Shown here: positions 35,535 through 44,945 of the stretch, in pieces
Numbering within the stretch: the stretch's first letter is position 1
How the letters are laid out: each line of letters begins with the position of its first letter
Assembly (NCBI GenBank): GCA_964517685.1
Contig: CAZFCF010000010.1
Location: forward strand, 6,624 to 70,623
Direction: 5' to 3'
Length of the DNA stretch: 64,000 nt
DNA from: an uncultured Gammaproteobacteria bacterium
Lineage (GTDB): Bacteria; Cyanobacteriota; Vampirovibrionia; LMEP-6097
Notes under the pieces: model-generated
Seen by the model: the letters and a program-made list of their open reading frames with translations, nothing else
Database searches by the model: none
Told to the model about the DNA's origin: nothing
Program-made: the position numbers and the translations under genes

Positions 35535-36785
35535 TTATATTGAAATAAAATCAAAAATATTCATTTTTAATATGGCAGCACTAGCTTGTAAACTAGAGTT
35601 TAAGACTGTTTGCGCCACGCTAACTTTTTGTATTGCATCGACAACTGGAATTTTTGCAATATTAGCTTGATCTGTTTTTAATGCATCAACATTATCCAAA
35701 TTTTTCTTTTCACTATCATTGAATTTCCTTACCAAGTCACCAAGCTTGGCTTGAGCATTAATCAACCTATCTAAATTTTCTTGGATATCAATAATAGTAC
35801 TTCTAATAGCTGCACTGTCATTGGTGTTGTAAGCTGTATCGAGCCTAGCTAAGGCTTCTCTAATATCTCCACTGACACCTTTCTCTGTAGTTGCCCTTAA
35901 GCCAAGGCTTGATAAACTATTTGGCAAAGTGTTTCCAGGATTAACAATGATTGCTGCACTGGCATTATCGATGCTATTTGTTATAGTGCTAGTCGTAAAC
36001 GCTAGCTTACCAGCATTATTACTAACGATAGTTCCAGCGCCACCTGCAGTAGTAAATGCTGTATTAATTTTATTGATGATATCAGTAATAGTATCGCCAC
36101 TAGCAAAAGCAATATCACCAAGATTGATATCGTTCTTACCATCATTGACAACCAAATTTAATTCGGCATTGGCAGCAAGAGGTGATGTAAAAGCTGTACC
36201 TGTATAACTTGCTGCTTGAGAAGCTTTAGAAAAAATATTTTGCAAACTAATACTTGATTGAATACCTTCTACAGATCTTTCGCCAAGATCTGTTTGTGCT
36301 TCTTTGTAATCAGCATTGTTGAACAAACCATTTGGTACATAATCAACTACAGTGATATCACTTTGTTTACCACCAAAAATAAATTTGTTACCCAGCTTAG
36401 TATTTGCAAGCTGATATAAATTTTCTCCAAGATTTCTTAACTGAACACCTAAAATTTCAAGATCGTCTCTAGCTGTAGTATCTGAACCACCTTGAATAGC
36501 ATCAGTTTTAATTTGATCCAAAATATCTTTCATGTTGCCTAGTGCAGATTCTGCAAGCTCTAATTCAGTAGCAGCTTTACTATGGTTCTCTGAAAGTTTT
36601 TTTGCATGTTCAATAAGACCTGTAACTTGAATTAAATCTTTTGAACCACCCATTTCATCGTAATTATTTAATAATCGCTGGCCTGTATTCAATCTCATCG
36701 TATGCCCAGCAAACTGACTTTGATTAAGAACTATATGGTCCCTACCGTCGTTGAATCTTTGAAGTGAGCTGAGTCTTCCTAACAT
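35535..36785 (-). CDS. flgL: flagellin-fold hook-associated protein 3 (FlgL-like), copy A
   Basis: GNKFIFGGKQSD block and a C-terminal flagellin helix (VVDAIQKVSVAQTVLNSSLQ). Paralog of 34277-35524. Confidence 0.7.
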   Translation of the reverse strand: MLGRLSSLQRFNDGRDHIVLNQSQFAGHTMRLNTGQRLLNNYDEMGGSKDLIQVTGLIEHAKKLSENHSKAATELELAESALGNMKDILDQIKTDAIQGGSDTTARDDLEILGVQLRNLGENLYQLANTKLGNKFIFGGKQSDITVVDYVPNGLFNNADYKEAQTDLGERSVEGIQSSISLQNIFSKASQAASYTGTAFTSPLAANAELNLVVNDGKNDINLGDIAFASGDTITDIINKINTAFTTAGGAGTIVSNNAGKLAFTTSTITNSIDNASAAIIVNPGNTLPNSLSSLGLRATTEKGVSGDIREALARLDTAYNTNDSAAIRSTIIDIQENLDRLINAQAKLGDLVRKFNDSEKKNLDNVDALKTDQANIAKIPVVDAIQKVSVAQTVLNSSLQASAAILKMNIFDFISI

Positions 36786-36919
36786 AAGTAAAAGCCTTAA
36801 ATCCTAAATAAGGCACTTATAGGGTATAGACCCACAAAAATGCGCTAAAACCTAGATATAATGTATTATTTTGTTTTATCATTAGTACTGTTCGATGGAT
36901 AAATCGATAAATTTTTGTA

Positions 36920-38188
36920 ATGAATGCGCTAAAAACTAATTTAAATAAACTAGGTCATTTAGCTGAAGCTAATTTAAATACAAATTCTTACTTATTAAAA
37001 AGGCAAGCAGAAACTACTATCAAAAATTTTCTGCCTGACCCTAAAAGTAGCAAAATTGCAGTAGCAATGAGTGGAGGAGTGGACAGTTCTGTAGCACTAT
37101 TCCTACTTAAAGAAGCAGGTTATAACGTAGTTGGTATCACTGCTTGGCTGGTAGCTGGTGCGGGAAGATGTTGCGACAATGGGGTAGTCGATGCTGTAAA
37201 AGTCTGTGATGAGCTAGGTGTAGAGCACCATGCCATAGACCTTAGAGAAGAATTTGCAACAGGCATTATTAAAGACTTTCATGAATCTTATGCGCGCGGT
37301 GAAACGCCTATTCCTTGTATCAGTTGTAACAACGATATTAAGTGGGGCACGCTTATGGCTTACTCCATCTCTAAACTTGGAGCTACTCATATAGCTTCAG
37401 GACATTACGGCAAATTAGTAAGTGATAACGGACCTGTTGCGAAAGTGGAACTTGAGCAAAAACAGGTCTCTAATAATATTTTCAAACTTTACAAAGCAAG
37501 AGAAACTAAAAAAGATCAAAGCTATATGCTCTGGGGCTTAAGCCAGGAGCAGCTTTCAAAGACTGTATTCCCTCTGGCTGATTTCGATAAAGAAGAAATT
37601 AGAGAAATTGCTGCAAGTGGAAATCTTTGCGTTGCTGATAAACCAGAATCTCAGGATATTTGTTTTGTAACCAATGGCATGACCAACTCTGATTACCTAA
37701 CCAGAATACTTGGAGAGAAGCCGGGCAACATTATTGAAATCGATAGTGGCAAAATTATCGGTGAGCACACAGGCAGCTACAACTTCACTTATGGTCAACG
37801 CAAAGGCATTGGCATTGCACACAGCGAACCTTTATATGTAGTAGAAATTGATTCCAAATCAAATACTATTTATGTGGGCACTAAAGAAAAACTATTTGGA
37901 CAAAAAGCTACTGGTAAAAACATCAACATGATCTCTAATCCCGGAGAAGAGTTCGAAGCTTTAGTGAAGATTCGTTATAACTCTGCGCCGAGCTTAGGGA
38001 AAATAAAAGTTTCTAATAATGAGATCGATGGCGCTCGAGTAGAGGTGGATTTCTTGGAGCCCGTAACTGCAATCACACCAGGTCAAGCAATGGTGTTCTA
38101 TGATAAAGATGGCAGCGGTGAAGTAATCGGTGGCGCTTGGATAGATTCATATGACGATGGTAATAGATCAAAATCGCAAAAAAATTAG
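36920..38188 (+). CDS. mnmA: tRNA 2-thiouridine(34) synthase
   Basis: VAMSGGVDSSVA PP-loop, CISCNNDIKW and KDQSYMLW blocks. Confidence 0.9.
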   Translation: MNALKTNLNKLGHLAEANLNTNSYLLKRQAETTIKNFLPDPKSSKIAVAMSGGVDSSVALFLLKEAGYNVVGITAWLVAGAGRCCDNGVVDAVKVCDELGVEHHAIDLREEFATGIIKDFHESYARGETPIPCISCNNDIKWGTLMAYSISKLGATHIASGHYGKLVSDNGPVAKVELEQKQVSNNIFKLYKARETKKDQSYMLWGLSQEQLSKTVFPLADFDKEEIREIAASGNLCVADKPESQDICFVTNGMTNSDYLTRILGEKPGNIIEIDSGKIIGEHTGSYNFTYGQRKGIGIAHSEPLYVVEIDSKSNTIYVGTKEKLFGQKATGKNINMISNPGEEFEALVKIRYNSAPSLGKIKVSNNEIDGARVEVDFLEPVTAITPGQAMVFYDKDGSGEVIGGAWIDSYDDGNRSKSQKN

Positions 38189-39089
38189 AAAAGATCTTAT
38201 TTCTCTTAAAGATCTAGATATTCATGAGATAAATCAAATCCTTGATAGAGGTGAATACTGGTCTGACAAACTCAACTCACGCATTACTAATAATCCTAGA
38301 GCTGTGGACAATCCTGTTGTCTGTAATTTATTTTTTGAATCAAGCACCAGAACTAGGTTTTCATTTGAAGTAGCTGCCAAAAAACTCGGCTATCATGTTT
38401 TAAATTTTTATCCAACAGCATCAAGCACACAAAAAGGTGAAAGCCTTTATGACACGCTTAAAACTCTTGAAGCCATGGGTGTCAATGCTGCAATCATCCG
38501 AACCTCCGAAGAAAATATACTTCAAGAAGTTGCTTCTAAATTGGACCTAGCAGTAATCAATGCTGGTGCAGGTTCTAACGAACATCCCACTCAAGGTCTC
38601 TTAGACTTACTTACTATGCGCCAACACTTCAATAAAATCGAAGGACTTAAAGTAGCAATTATTGGTGATGTTAGACATTCAAGAGTAGCTAATTCAAATC
38701 TAGTAGCCTTAAATAAATTCAACGCTGAAGTTTTTATCGCAGGTCCTGAAGAATTGCTACCGACAAAAGACTCTCCCTTACTTACTCCTAATGTAAAGAT
38801 TCTCTCTATCGATGAGGCTATGCAAAAAGCAGATGTAGTAATGATGTTAAGGATGCAAGTAGAGAGACATCATCTATCTAAGCTTTGTGAAAACTATTTA
38901 GAACTTTATGGTCTCAACAAAAAAAGATTTGCAGCCCTGCAAAGTCATGCAGTAATCATGCATCCTGCACCTTTTAATAGAGGCATTGAGATTGATGGAG
39001 ATTTAGTTGAAGATCCAAGATCATTGATCTACAAACAAGTTGCAAACGGCGTCGGTGTAAGAATGGCGGTACTAGAAAGAGCATTATAG
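38151..39089 (+). CDS. pyrB: aspartate carbamoyltransferase catalytic subunit
   Basis: ESSTRTR, HPTQ and HPAPFNRG motifs. Overlaps the mnmA 3' end. Confidence 0.9.
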   Translation: MTMVIDQNRKKIRKDLISLKDLDIHEINQILDRGEYWSDKLNSRITNNPRAVDNPVVCNLFFESSTRTRFSFEVAAKKLGYHVLNFYPTASSTQKGESLYDTLKTLEAMGVNAAIIRTSEENILQEVASKLDLAVINAGAGSNEHPTQGLLDLLTMRQHFNKIEGLKVAIIGDVRHSRVANSNLVALNKFNAEVFIAGPEELLPTKDSPLLTPNVKILSIDEAMQKADVVMMLRMQVERHHLSKLCENYLELYGLNKKRFAALQSHAVIMHPAPFNRGIEIDGDLVEDPRSLIYKQVANGVGVRMAVLERAL

Positions 39090-39101
39090 TATTTCAATAT
39101 C

Positions 39102-39884
39102 GTGAGAAAACATTTCCTAAAAGTAAAGAGCAACAAAGAAATCGCTGATAAAATTTTTGAAATTCAACTAGAGAGTGATTCTAGACTTGAAGATTTCATG
39201 CCTGGGAATTTCCTACATATCAAGTGTAATGATGGTTATGATCCACTACTCCGAAGACCAATGAGTATCTGTGATATCAGCGATGATAAAAAATTACTTA
39301 CTATACTTTATAGAGCTGATGGTAGAGGCACAGTATTTCTCAGTCATAAAGAAGCAGGAGAAATTATCGATGTCCTTGCACCTCTAGGAAACTTCTTTCC
39401 TTTTGATAAATTAAATAGCAGTCAAACTATTGCCTTAGTAGGCGGCGGCATTGGCGTGCCCCCGCTATATTACTTAGGTAAAACTTTGCAAAAAGCTTTC
39501 GGCGTGAAAATCAAATCCTATCTAGGTTTCAATAGTAAGAAAGATGTTTTTTATGAAAAGGAATTTTCTAAACTAGGAGATACCATCATCACCACTATGG
39601 ATGGTAGCCATGGCAAGAAAGGTTTAGTACCTGATTTTATCGACAATGGCTGGGACTTTATTTATAGCTGTGGTCCGAATCTCATGTTCAAAAGTTTGCA
39701 GAAAAAATTCCCAACTATAAACGACAACGTTTTTATTTCCGTTGAAGAGCGCATGGGCTGTGGCGTTGGTGCCTGCCTGGCTTGTGTTTGCAAAACTAAT
39801 CCAGATGCTGGCTTTGAAAAGAGTTGGGTGCGTTCTTGTACTGAGGGTCCAATCTTTAAATTACACGATCTTGAGTTTAGTTGA
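39102..39884 (+). CDS. pyrK: dihydroorotate dehydrogenase electron-transfer subunit
   Basis: RRPMSI FAD-binding motif, GGGIGVPP, and a C-terminal CGVGACLAC...C 2Fe-2S cluster. GTG start. Confidence 0.85.
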   Translation: MRKHFLKVKSNKEIADKIFEIQLESDSRLEDFMPGNFLHIKCNDGYDPLLRRPMSICDISDDKKLLTILYRADGRGTVFLSHKEAGEIIDVLAPLGNFFPFDKLNSSQTIALVGGGIGVPPLYYLGKTLQKAFGVKIKSYLGFNSKKDVFYEKEFSKLGDTIITTMDGSHGKKGLVPDFIDNGWDFIYSCGPNLMFKSLQKKFPTINDNVFISVEERMGCGVGACLACVCKTNPDAGFEKSWVRSCTEGPIFKLHDLEFS

Positions 39885-39902
39885 TACATAAGTACGAAAC
39901 TA

Positions 39903-40130
39903 TATATTCAATAAAGCCTTAGTAAGCATAATAATTGATATGAATATGAGATGAGGCAAGTGAAGCTTGATAGCAAATCAGTGCAGCCGCGAAGTTCTAG
40001 AATATAAAAATTTCAATAAGGTTTTTCGGTCGCGGAGCGTGTTTCAAGGCAAGCTAGATTTGCTTCAAGCGGAAGGAAGCTGAATCCATATGAAATATCA
40101 CTATTATGCGATAAGACTTTATTGAATATA
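39903..40130 (+). ncRNA. candidate structured RNA (rod-like hairpin with central bubble, 6S-like) or MITE-like inverted repeat
   Basis: A perfect 14-bp closing stem (39903-39916 with 40117-40130) and further stems (39926-33/40102-09, 39936-41/40095-100, 39965-79/40057-70). They flank a ~16x16-nt internal loop and an apical hairpin. Strand not determinable. Confidence 0.3.
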
Positions 40131-40173
40131 GTATAAAAATTTTCCAACTTTAAATTAGCTATAATGTAGAGAT

Positions 40174-40749
40174 ATGACCGGTGATACAGCAGATATTAAT
40201 AACCTACACAAGACAACTGAGACTAGTGGAGAAAACTGGGAAAACCAAGAGAACGTTAAACCTCTAGGAGCAGATGCTACATCCAAAGATGAATTCAACA
40301 GCCTTTATGATGAACTTAAAGCCAAATATGATGATCTCGATGATCAATACAAAAGACTCTGGGCAGACCAACAAAACATGGTGAGCCGTTTTGCCAGAGA
40401 GAAAGCAGATGTAATGAAATATGCTGCAGCTAATACTGTTGAAGCGATTCTTCCAGCCTTAGATAACTTTGATTTTGCTAAGAAAAGTCTCAATGAAAAT
40501 ACCAACTTCCAAGACATAATCAAAAGTATAAATATGCTTCAAGAGCAATTAATCATGAGCCTTAGAGCAGTAGGGCTTGAAGAAGTGCAAACTGACTGTA
40601 TCTATAATCCTCAAATACATGAAGCCATTAGCAATGTAACTGATGCAGAGAAAGCTGAAGGTACTATTGTTGAAGTACTTAAAAAAGGTTTCAAAATTAA
40701 AGACAGAGTAATTAGACCAGCCTTAGTTGTTGTTACTACTAAAGGCTAA
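40174..40749 (+). CDS. grpE: nucleotide exchange factor GrpE
   Basis: Coiled-coil region and a C-terminal beta domain (GTIVEVLKKGFKIKDRVIRPALVVV). Confidence 0.9.
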   Translation: MTGDTADINNLHKTTETSGENWENQENVKPLGADATSKDEFNSLYDELKAKYDDLDDQYKRLWADQQNMVSRFAREKADVMKYAAANTVEAILPALDNFDFAKKSLNENTNFQDIIKSINMLQEQLIMSLRAVGLEEVQTDCIYNPQIHEAISNVTDAEKAEGTIVEVLKKGFKIKDRVIRPALVVVTTKG

Positions 40750-40755
40750 TTTATA

Positions 40756-41502
40756 ATGCCTTTCAATTACAAACTAGTTATTGAATACAATGGCAGTAAC
40801 TTTGCTGGTTCGCAAATTCAAAATCACAACCAGGCAAACTCTTCTCAACGAACAGTTCAAGCAGAAACAGAAAAAGCTTTTACAAATTACTTTCAAACCC
40901 CTATTAATACTAACTTTGCAGGCAGGACCGATGCAGGTGTCCATGCGATTGGACAAGTAATTAATTTTCAAACTTCCCAAAAGCTAGATGTAGATACAGA
41001 GCTTAAAGAAGGTAAAGTTCTACTTTCACTAAATTCATATTTGCCTGAAGATATTTCAGTAACTAAAATTGAAGAAGTTAATGAAGATTTTCATGCCAGA
41101 TTCTCAGCCAATGCTAGAGAGTATATGTATAAGATCTTCGTTAGAAGATTCAGACCGGTACTCAGATTAGACTCACTGGCTTGGGTTAGAGAGCCATTAG
41201 ATTTTCAGCGCATGCAAGAGCACGCCAAAACTTACATCGGCACCCATGATTTTTCTAGATTTGCAAAGGACGATGAAGATCCTGATGCTAATTATGTTTG
41301 TGAGGTCATGGAGTCGGAATTAATAATCGAATCAAAGATTTGCGTTAAGTATAGAGTCAAAGCTAATCGCTTTCTAAGGCACATGGTAAGAAGGCTTGTA
41401 GGTGAACTTGTAGAAGTTGCTAAAGGTGAAAGCCCAAGTGAGAAGACTAGTAATATTACAATGCCTGCAGAGGGTCTCACACTAATGAAAGTTTATTACT
41501 AA
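40756..41502 (+). CDS. truA: tRNA pseudouridine(38-40) synthase
   Basis: GRTDAGVHA catalytic motif. GTHDFS and FLRHMVR blocks. Confidence 0.9.
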   Translation: MPFNYKLVIEYNGSNFAGSQIQNHNQANSSQRTVQAETEKAFTNYFQTPINTNFAGRTDAGVHAIGQVINFQTSQKLDVDTELKEGKVLLSLNSYLPEDISVTKIEEVNEDFHARFSANAREYMYKIFVRRFRPVLRLDSLAWVREPLDFQRMQEHAKTYIGTHDFSRFAKDDEDPDANYVCEVMESELIIESKICVKYRVKANRFLRHMVRRLVGELVEVAKGESPSEKTSNITMPAEGLTLMKVYY

Positions 41503-41507
41503 GCACC

Positions 41508-41538
41508 GTCATTGCGAGCGTAGCGAAGCAATCCCCCT
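41508..41538. repeat. half copy of the palindromic element
   Basis: GTCATTGCGAGCGTAGCGAAGCAATCCCCC after the truA stop. Confidence 0.65.
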
Positions 41539-41546
41539 GAAGATGA

Positions 41547-42008
41547 CTAGCTAATCGGGCTAATATAATTTTCAATCTTTTCTAAGATCTTGTAACCACC
41601 ATCTTCATTGGTTCTTTGAAAGGTTTTGATATTGAGTTTTAATTTTCTGTTATAGAATCTTCCTGTTGATTTTGGCATTTCAATATTGAACTCAACATAG
41701 TTAGAACCTGCATTCTTACTAATGAGTAGATTACTTGGTCCAAGTATATGTGCTCCAGAATAATGAGTATCATGTGCCAAGCTCACTTGCACGGCATCTG
41801 CTTCAAAAGGCACAGAGTGCAAACGCACTGTAGCCTTAGATCCAGAAGGTACTTCTATGGTAGAGCTGTTTCTATAATCAAGCTCATAGATCTTTTCTAA
41901 GGGCTTAGCTAAAACTGAATGAGCAGTATTAAGAACTAAAAATGCAATTGCAAGCTTAGTAAATTTCAGAAATGAATTAAATAATTTAGAAAGAATAATC
42001 ACTCTCAA
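41547..42008 (-). CDS. hypothetical secreted protein
   Basis: N-terminal hydrophobic signal-like segment (LAIAFLVLNTAHSVLA). No domain recognised. Confidence 0.5.
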   Translation of the reverse strand: MRVIILSKLFNSFLKFTKLAIAFLVLNTAHSVLAKPLEKIYELDYRNSSTIEVPSGSKATVRLHSVPFEADAVQVSLAHDTHYSGAHILGPSNLLISKNAGSNYVEFNIEMPKSTGRFYNRKLKLNIKTFQRTNEDGGYKILEKIENYISPIS

Positions 42009-42102
42009 ATTCCATTCCCTAGAATGGAGTATTACTAATTATAATTCGCTTAGAACCATATAACTAGCCTAGATTTTTATAACTTCCTTAAGACTGAGAT
42101 TT

Positions 42103-42594
42103 CTAGAGCAGAACCTCATATTGCTTATCAAGCATGGAGTTTTCTAGAGCCTTCAATTCCTCTATAAAGTCCCCAATAGAGTGCATTTTTTTAAAAATAG
42201 ATGCATACCTTACATACGACATAGGGTCAATCATTTTCAGCTCATCCATAACGATCTCACCTAAAAAATTTGCTGAGATCTCACGACTATAGCTTTGATA
42301 AATTTGTGATTCTACTTTATCAATAATAGTTTCAATGGTCAGAGCATTGATTTGCCCTTTACTACAGGATCTCACGATACTGGCAAATAATTTTTCTCGT
42401 GAATAGAATTCTTTAGAACCGCTTTTTTTAATCACTAAAAGAGGAGCAACCTCAACTCTTTCGTAAGTGGTAAATCTTTCATCACATTTAAGACATTCAC
42501 GACGACGTCTAACACTTCTACCATCATCAGCTGAACGGCTTTCCAGTACTTTGGAATCTTCAGATTTACAAAAAGGGCACTCCACTAAGAGCAC
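42103..42594 (-). CDS. nrdR: transcriptional repressor NrdR
   Basis: CPFC...VRRRRECLKCDERFTTYE zinc ribbon plus an ATP-cone. Confidence 0.9.
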   Translation of the reverse strand: MLLVECPFCKSEDSKVLESRSADDGRSVRRRRECLKCDERFTTYERVEVAPLLVIKKSGSKEFYSREKLFASIVRSCSKGQINALTIETIIDKVESQIYQSYSREISANFLGEIVMDELKMIDPMSYVRYASIFKKMHSIGDFIEELKALENSMLDKQYEVLL

Positions 42595-42606
42595 TGACGT
42601 AATTTA

Positions 42607-43380
42607 TTAGACACGGTTCCGGTAGGACCATTCTTCTTCTTTTTGTTCTACCATCGTATCAACTTGTTTCTTAAGATCAAATATCTCTCTTTGATACTTG
42701 AGAGCAACTTCTTTCTCTTTTTTCTTCAGCAAAGCAGGGATATCAATAGCACTTCTCTTCGGCAAGTCTGTATCTTGACTAGAGTAGTAATCAAGCTCTG
42801 CTCTTAATTTTTCGATCTCATCTTTATATTGAGTAAGAGTAAAATCTGCTTCTTGCAAACCAATATCTAATTCATGGGTTTTTAATTTAAGTTGATTAAG
42901 CTCTTGATCTCTGAATTCAATTTCATTCAATAGAGTTTCTTTTTCAGTTTGCAATAAAGCAAGATGCTCTTGGCTATAAGCGTTCTTTTCAAGCTCAACT
43001 TGAACTTCACTAATGTAAGTTTCAAGCTCTTGAATACGCCCTTGATAATGAACTTCTCTTTCACTTAATTCACCAATTAGTCCATTGTAGTAATTGACCA
43101 ATTCTTTGAGGTGATACTGTGGCGACAATTCTTTAAAGCTATTTAAGGCTGGTACTAAATCTGAAAATCTTTCAGCACAGAGACTTAGATATTTGATATC
43201 AGCATAGTTATAACCTGACTGAATCATTTCATGTACTTTAACGATTAGCTTTGCAGTATTAACATCGTAACTATCACCATCAGGCGATGGCAATTCAAGA
43301 AAGCCTTCATACTCTCTTAAAACATAATCATTGATTTGCAATTCTTGGCAAATCTCTCTTCTGGTAATGCATTCAATCAT
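42607..43380 (-). CDS. MerR-like HTH / long coiled-coil protein
   Basis: The N-terminus ITRREICQELQINDYVLREYE resembles a MerR-type HTH. The rest is heptad-rich. Confidence 0.45.
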   Translation of the reverse strand: MIECITRREICQELQINDYVLREYEGFLELPSPDGDSYDVNTAKLIVKVHEMIQSGYNYADIKYLSLCAERFSDLVPALNSFKELSPQYHLKELVNYYNGLIGELSEREVHYQGRIQELETYISEVQVELEKNAYSQEHLALLQTEKETLLNEIEFRDQELNQLKLKTHELDIGLQEADFTLTQYKDEIEKLRAELDYYSSQDTDLPKRSAIDIPALLKKKEKEVALKYQREIFDLKKQVDTMVEQKEEEWSYRNRV

Positions 43381-44216
43381 TATTCGGTAACCTCTTCAAG
43401 AACTTCTGTACTAGGAGCATAAGTATTAGCTGGAGCTGGTTTCGCCATAGTTGCTGGCTTGCTATCAACCTTAGCTTGTACTTTTGTTTGTGGCGGAATT
43501 GAAGTAGGAGCTGGAGCCACCGGAGCAGTTATAGCTTCTAAGCCCTCTTGTTCTTTTTGCTCTCTTTTCAATCTATCTCTAAATCTTTGTTTGTTAATGC
43601 TATCAACCATTTTGTCTGTAGCCTTACCAAGCTTTTTAAAATCGTTTACAGTACCTTTAACCAAAGTATCTATAATTAGACCTTTGTTTTTTAATCTACC
43701 TACTTCTGTTTCCATGTAAGCTAATCTATCTTCAAAATTTCTCTTAGCTTCAGAGTTAATCCCTGACTGGCTTGCATTGCCATAACCGATTTTGGCATAT
43801 TCATCTCCAAGAGCAACAACTAACTCATTTAATTCATCAACAATCTCATCTTGCGATTTAATTTGATCATTCAAACTAGTTGTCTTACCTTCAAGTGCTT
43901 TCAATTCATTTTGGAATACTTCCATAACTGAAACAGTAGCTTCAAGATCTTTTTTATTCTGATCAATTTCAGCGTTATAATGCTCTGCCATTTTTGACAT
44001 TGCCTTAGCAAATTCATATCTAGTTAAAGGTCTATTACCAGCGAATCTTCCACTAGGATCACCTGCCATAAAACCCTGATCCACTACAGTCTGCACAGAC
44101 TCATAAGCCCAATGTGTTTTTGGCACATCTTTAAGTTTTGCCGCAGCACTTGCAGGTAATGTAAGAAAAAGACCTGCTATAGGAATAAGAAATAATATTT
44201 TTGATGCTTTGTTCAT
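43380..44216 (-). CDS. SLH-domain coiled-coil envelope protein
   Basis: Signal peptide, then an SLH motif (DVPKTHWAYESVQTVVDQGFMAG...RPLTRYEFA), a coiled coil and a Pro/Ala-rich tail. Its stop overlaps the next start (TAATG). Confidence 0.75.
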   Translation of the reverse strand: MNKASKILFLIPIAGLFLTLPASAAAKLKDVPKTHWAYESVQTVVDQGFMAGDPSGRFAGNRPLTRYEFAKAMSKMAEHYNAEIDQNKKDLEATVSVMEVFQNELKALEGKTTSLNDQIKSQDEIVDELNELVVALGDEYAKIGYGNASQSGINSEAKRNFEDRLAYMETEVGRLKNKGLIIDTLVKGTVNDFKKLGKATDKMVDSINKQRFRDRLKREQKEQEGLEAITAPVAPAPTSIPPQTKVQAKVDSKPATMAKPAPANTYAPSTEVLEEVTE

Positions 44217-44316
44217 GGTTTTCAGTCGTAATTACCAAACTATAGTCTAAACCAGTTTTTCGATTAGGACTAGGGGGATCTGGTATTATGGCAAAAGGTT
44301 ATGGAAAGCCCTTTTT

Positions 44317-44826
44317 ATGCGTATAGGTCACGGTTACGATGTCCATAAATTAGTAAGTAGAGCAAAATATTTGGAGGTTTATCCAAATAGGAAAAGTCCC
44401 GAGCTAATTTTAGGAGGAATGATAATTCCTCACAATAAAGTCTTGCTTGGACATTCAGATGCCGACGTAGTTTTACATGCCTTGATGGATGCATTATTAG
44501 GAGCCGCAGCTCTGGAAGATATTGGATATCACTTCTCTGATAAAGATGAGAAGTTCGCTCAAATTTCAAGTATCGAATTATTGAAACAAGTAAAAAATCT
44601 TTTAGCAGAAAAAAAATATTCTATTTCCAATATCGACATTACTATAATCGCCGAGAAACCAAAAATCAGACCTTATATTCCTGAAATGAAAGAGGAAATT
44701 TCTAAGGTGCTGGGAATTTCTTTAGATCAATTAAATATCAAAGCTACTACTACCGAGGGGCTTGGGTTTATTGGTAGAGAAGAGGGGATTGCGGCTGAGG
44801 CTGTTGTGTCATTGCAAGGAGCATAG
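44317..44826 (+). CDS. ispF: 2-C-methyl-D-erythritol 2,4-cyclodiphosphate synthase
   Basis: [10 protein letters not shown] and [19 protein letters not shown] motifs. Confidence 0.9.
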   Translation: MRIGHGYDVHKLVSRAKYLEVYPNRKSPELILGGMIIPHNKVLLGHSDADVVLHALMDALLGAAALEDIGYHFSDKDEKFAQISSIELLKQVKNLLAEKKYSISNIDITIIAEKPKIRPYIPEMKEEISKVLGISLDQLNIKATTTEGLGFIGREEGIAAEAVVSLQGA

Positions 44827-44835
44827 CTATTAGCC

Positions 44836-44923
44836 GTCATTGCGAGACCTCGAAGAGGTCGTGGCAATCCCATTGTGATTAACCGCAGGGGGATTGCTTC
44901 ATCCCTTCGGGATTCGCAATGAC
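44836..44923. repeat. full copy of the palindromic element
   Basis: GTCATTGCGAGACCTCGAAGAGGTCGTGGCAATCC...GGGGGATTGCTTCATCCCTTCGGGATTCGCAATGAC, between convergent ispF and wecB. Confidence 0.8.
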
Positions 44924-44945
44924 ACGCTACATGCAACCCTCCTTG

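Noticed and set aside
39885-40173. CIRCE/HrcA operator (TTAGCACTC-N9-GAGTGCTAA) upstream of grpE.
   Set aside because: No match to either half-site. The inverted repeat present there has a completely different sequence and is far longer.
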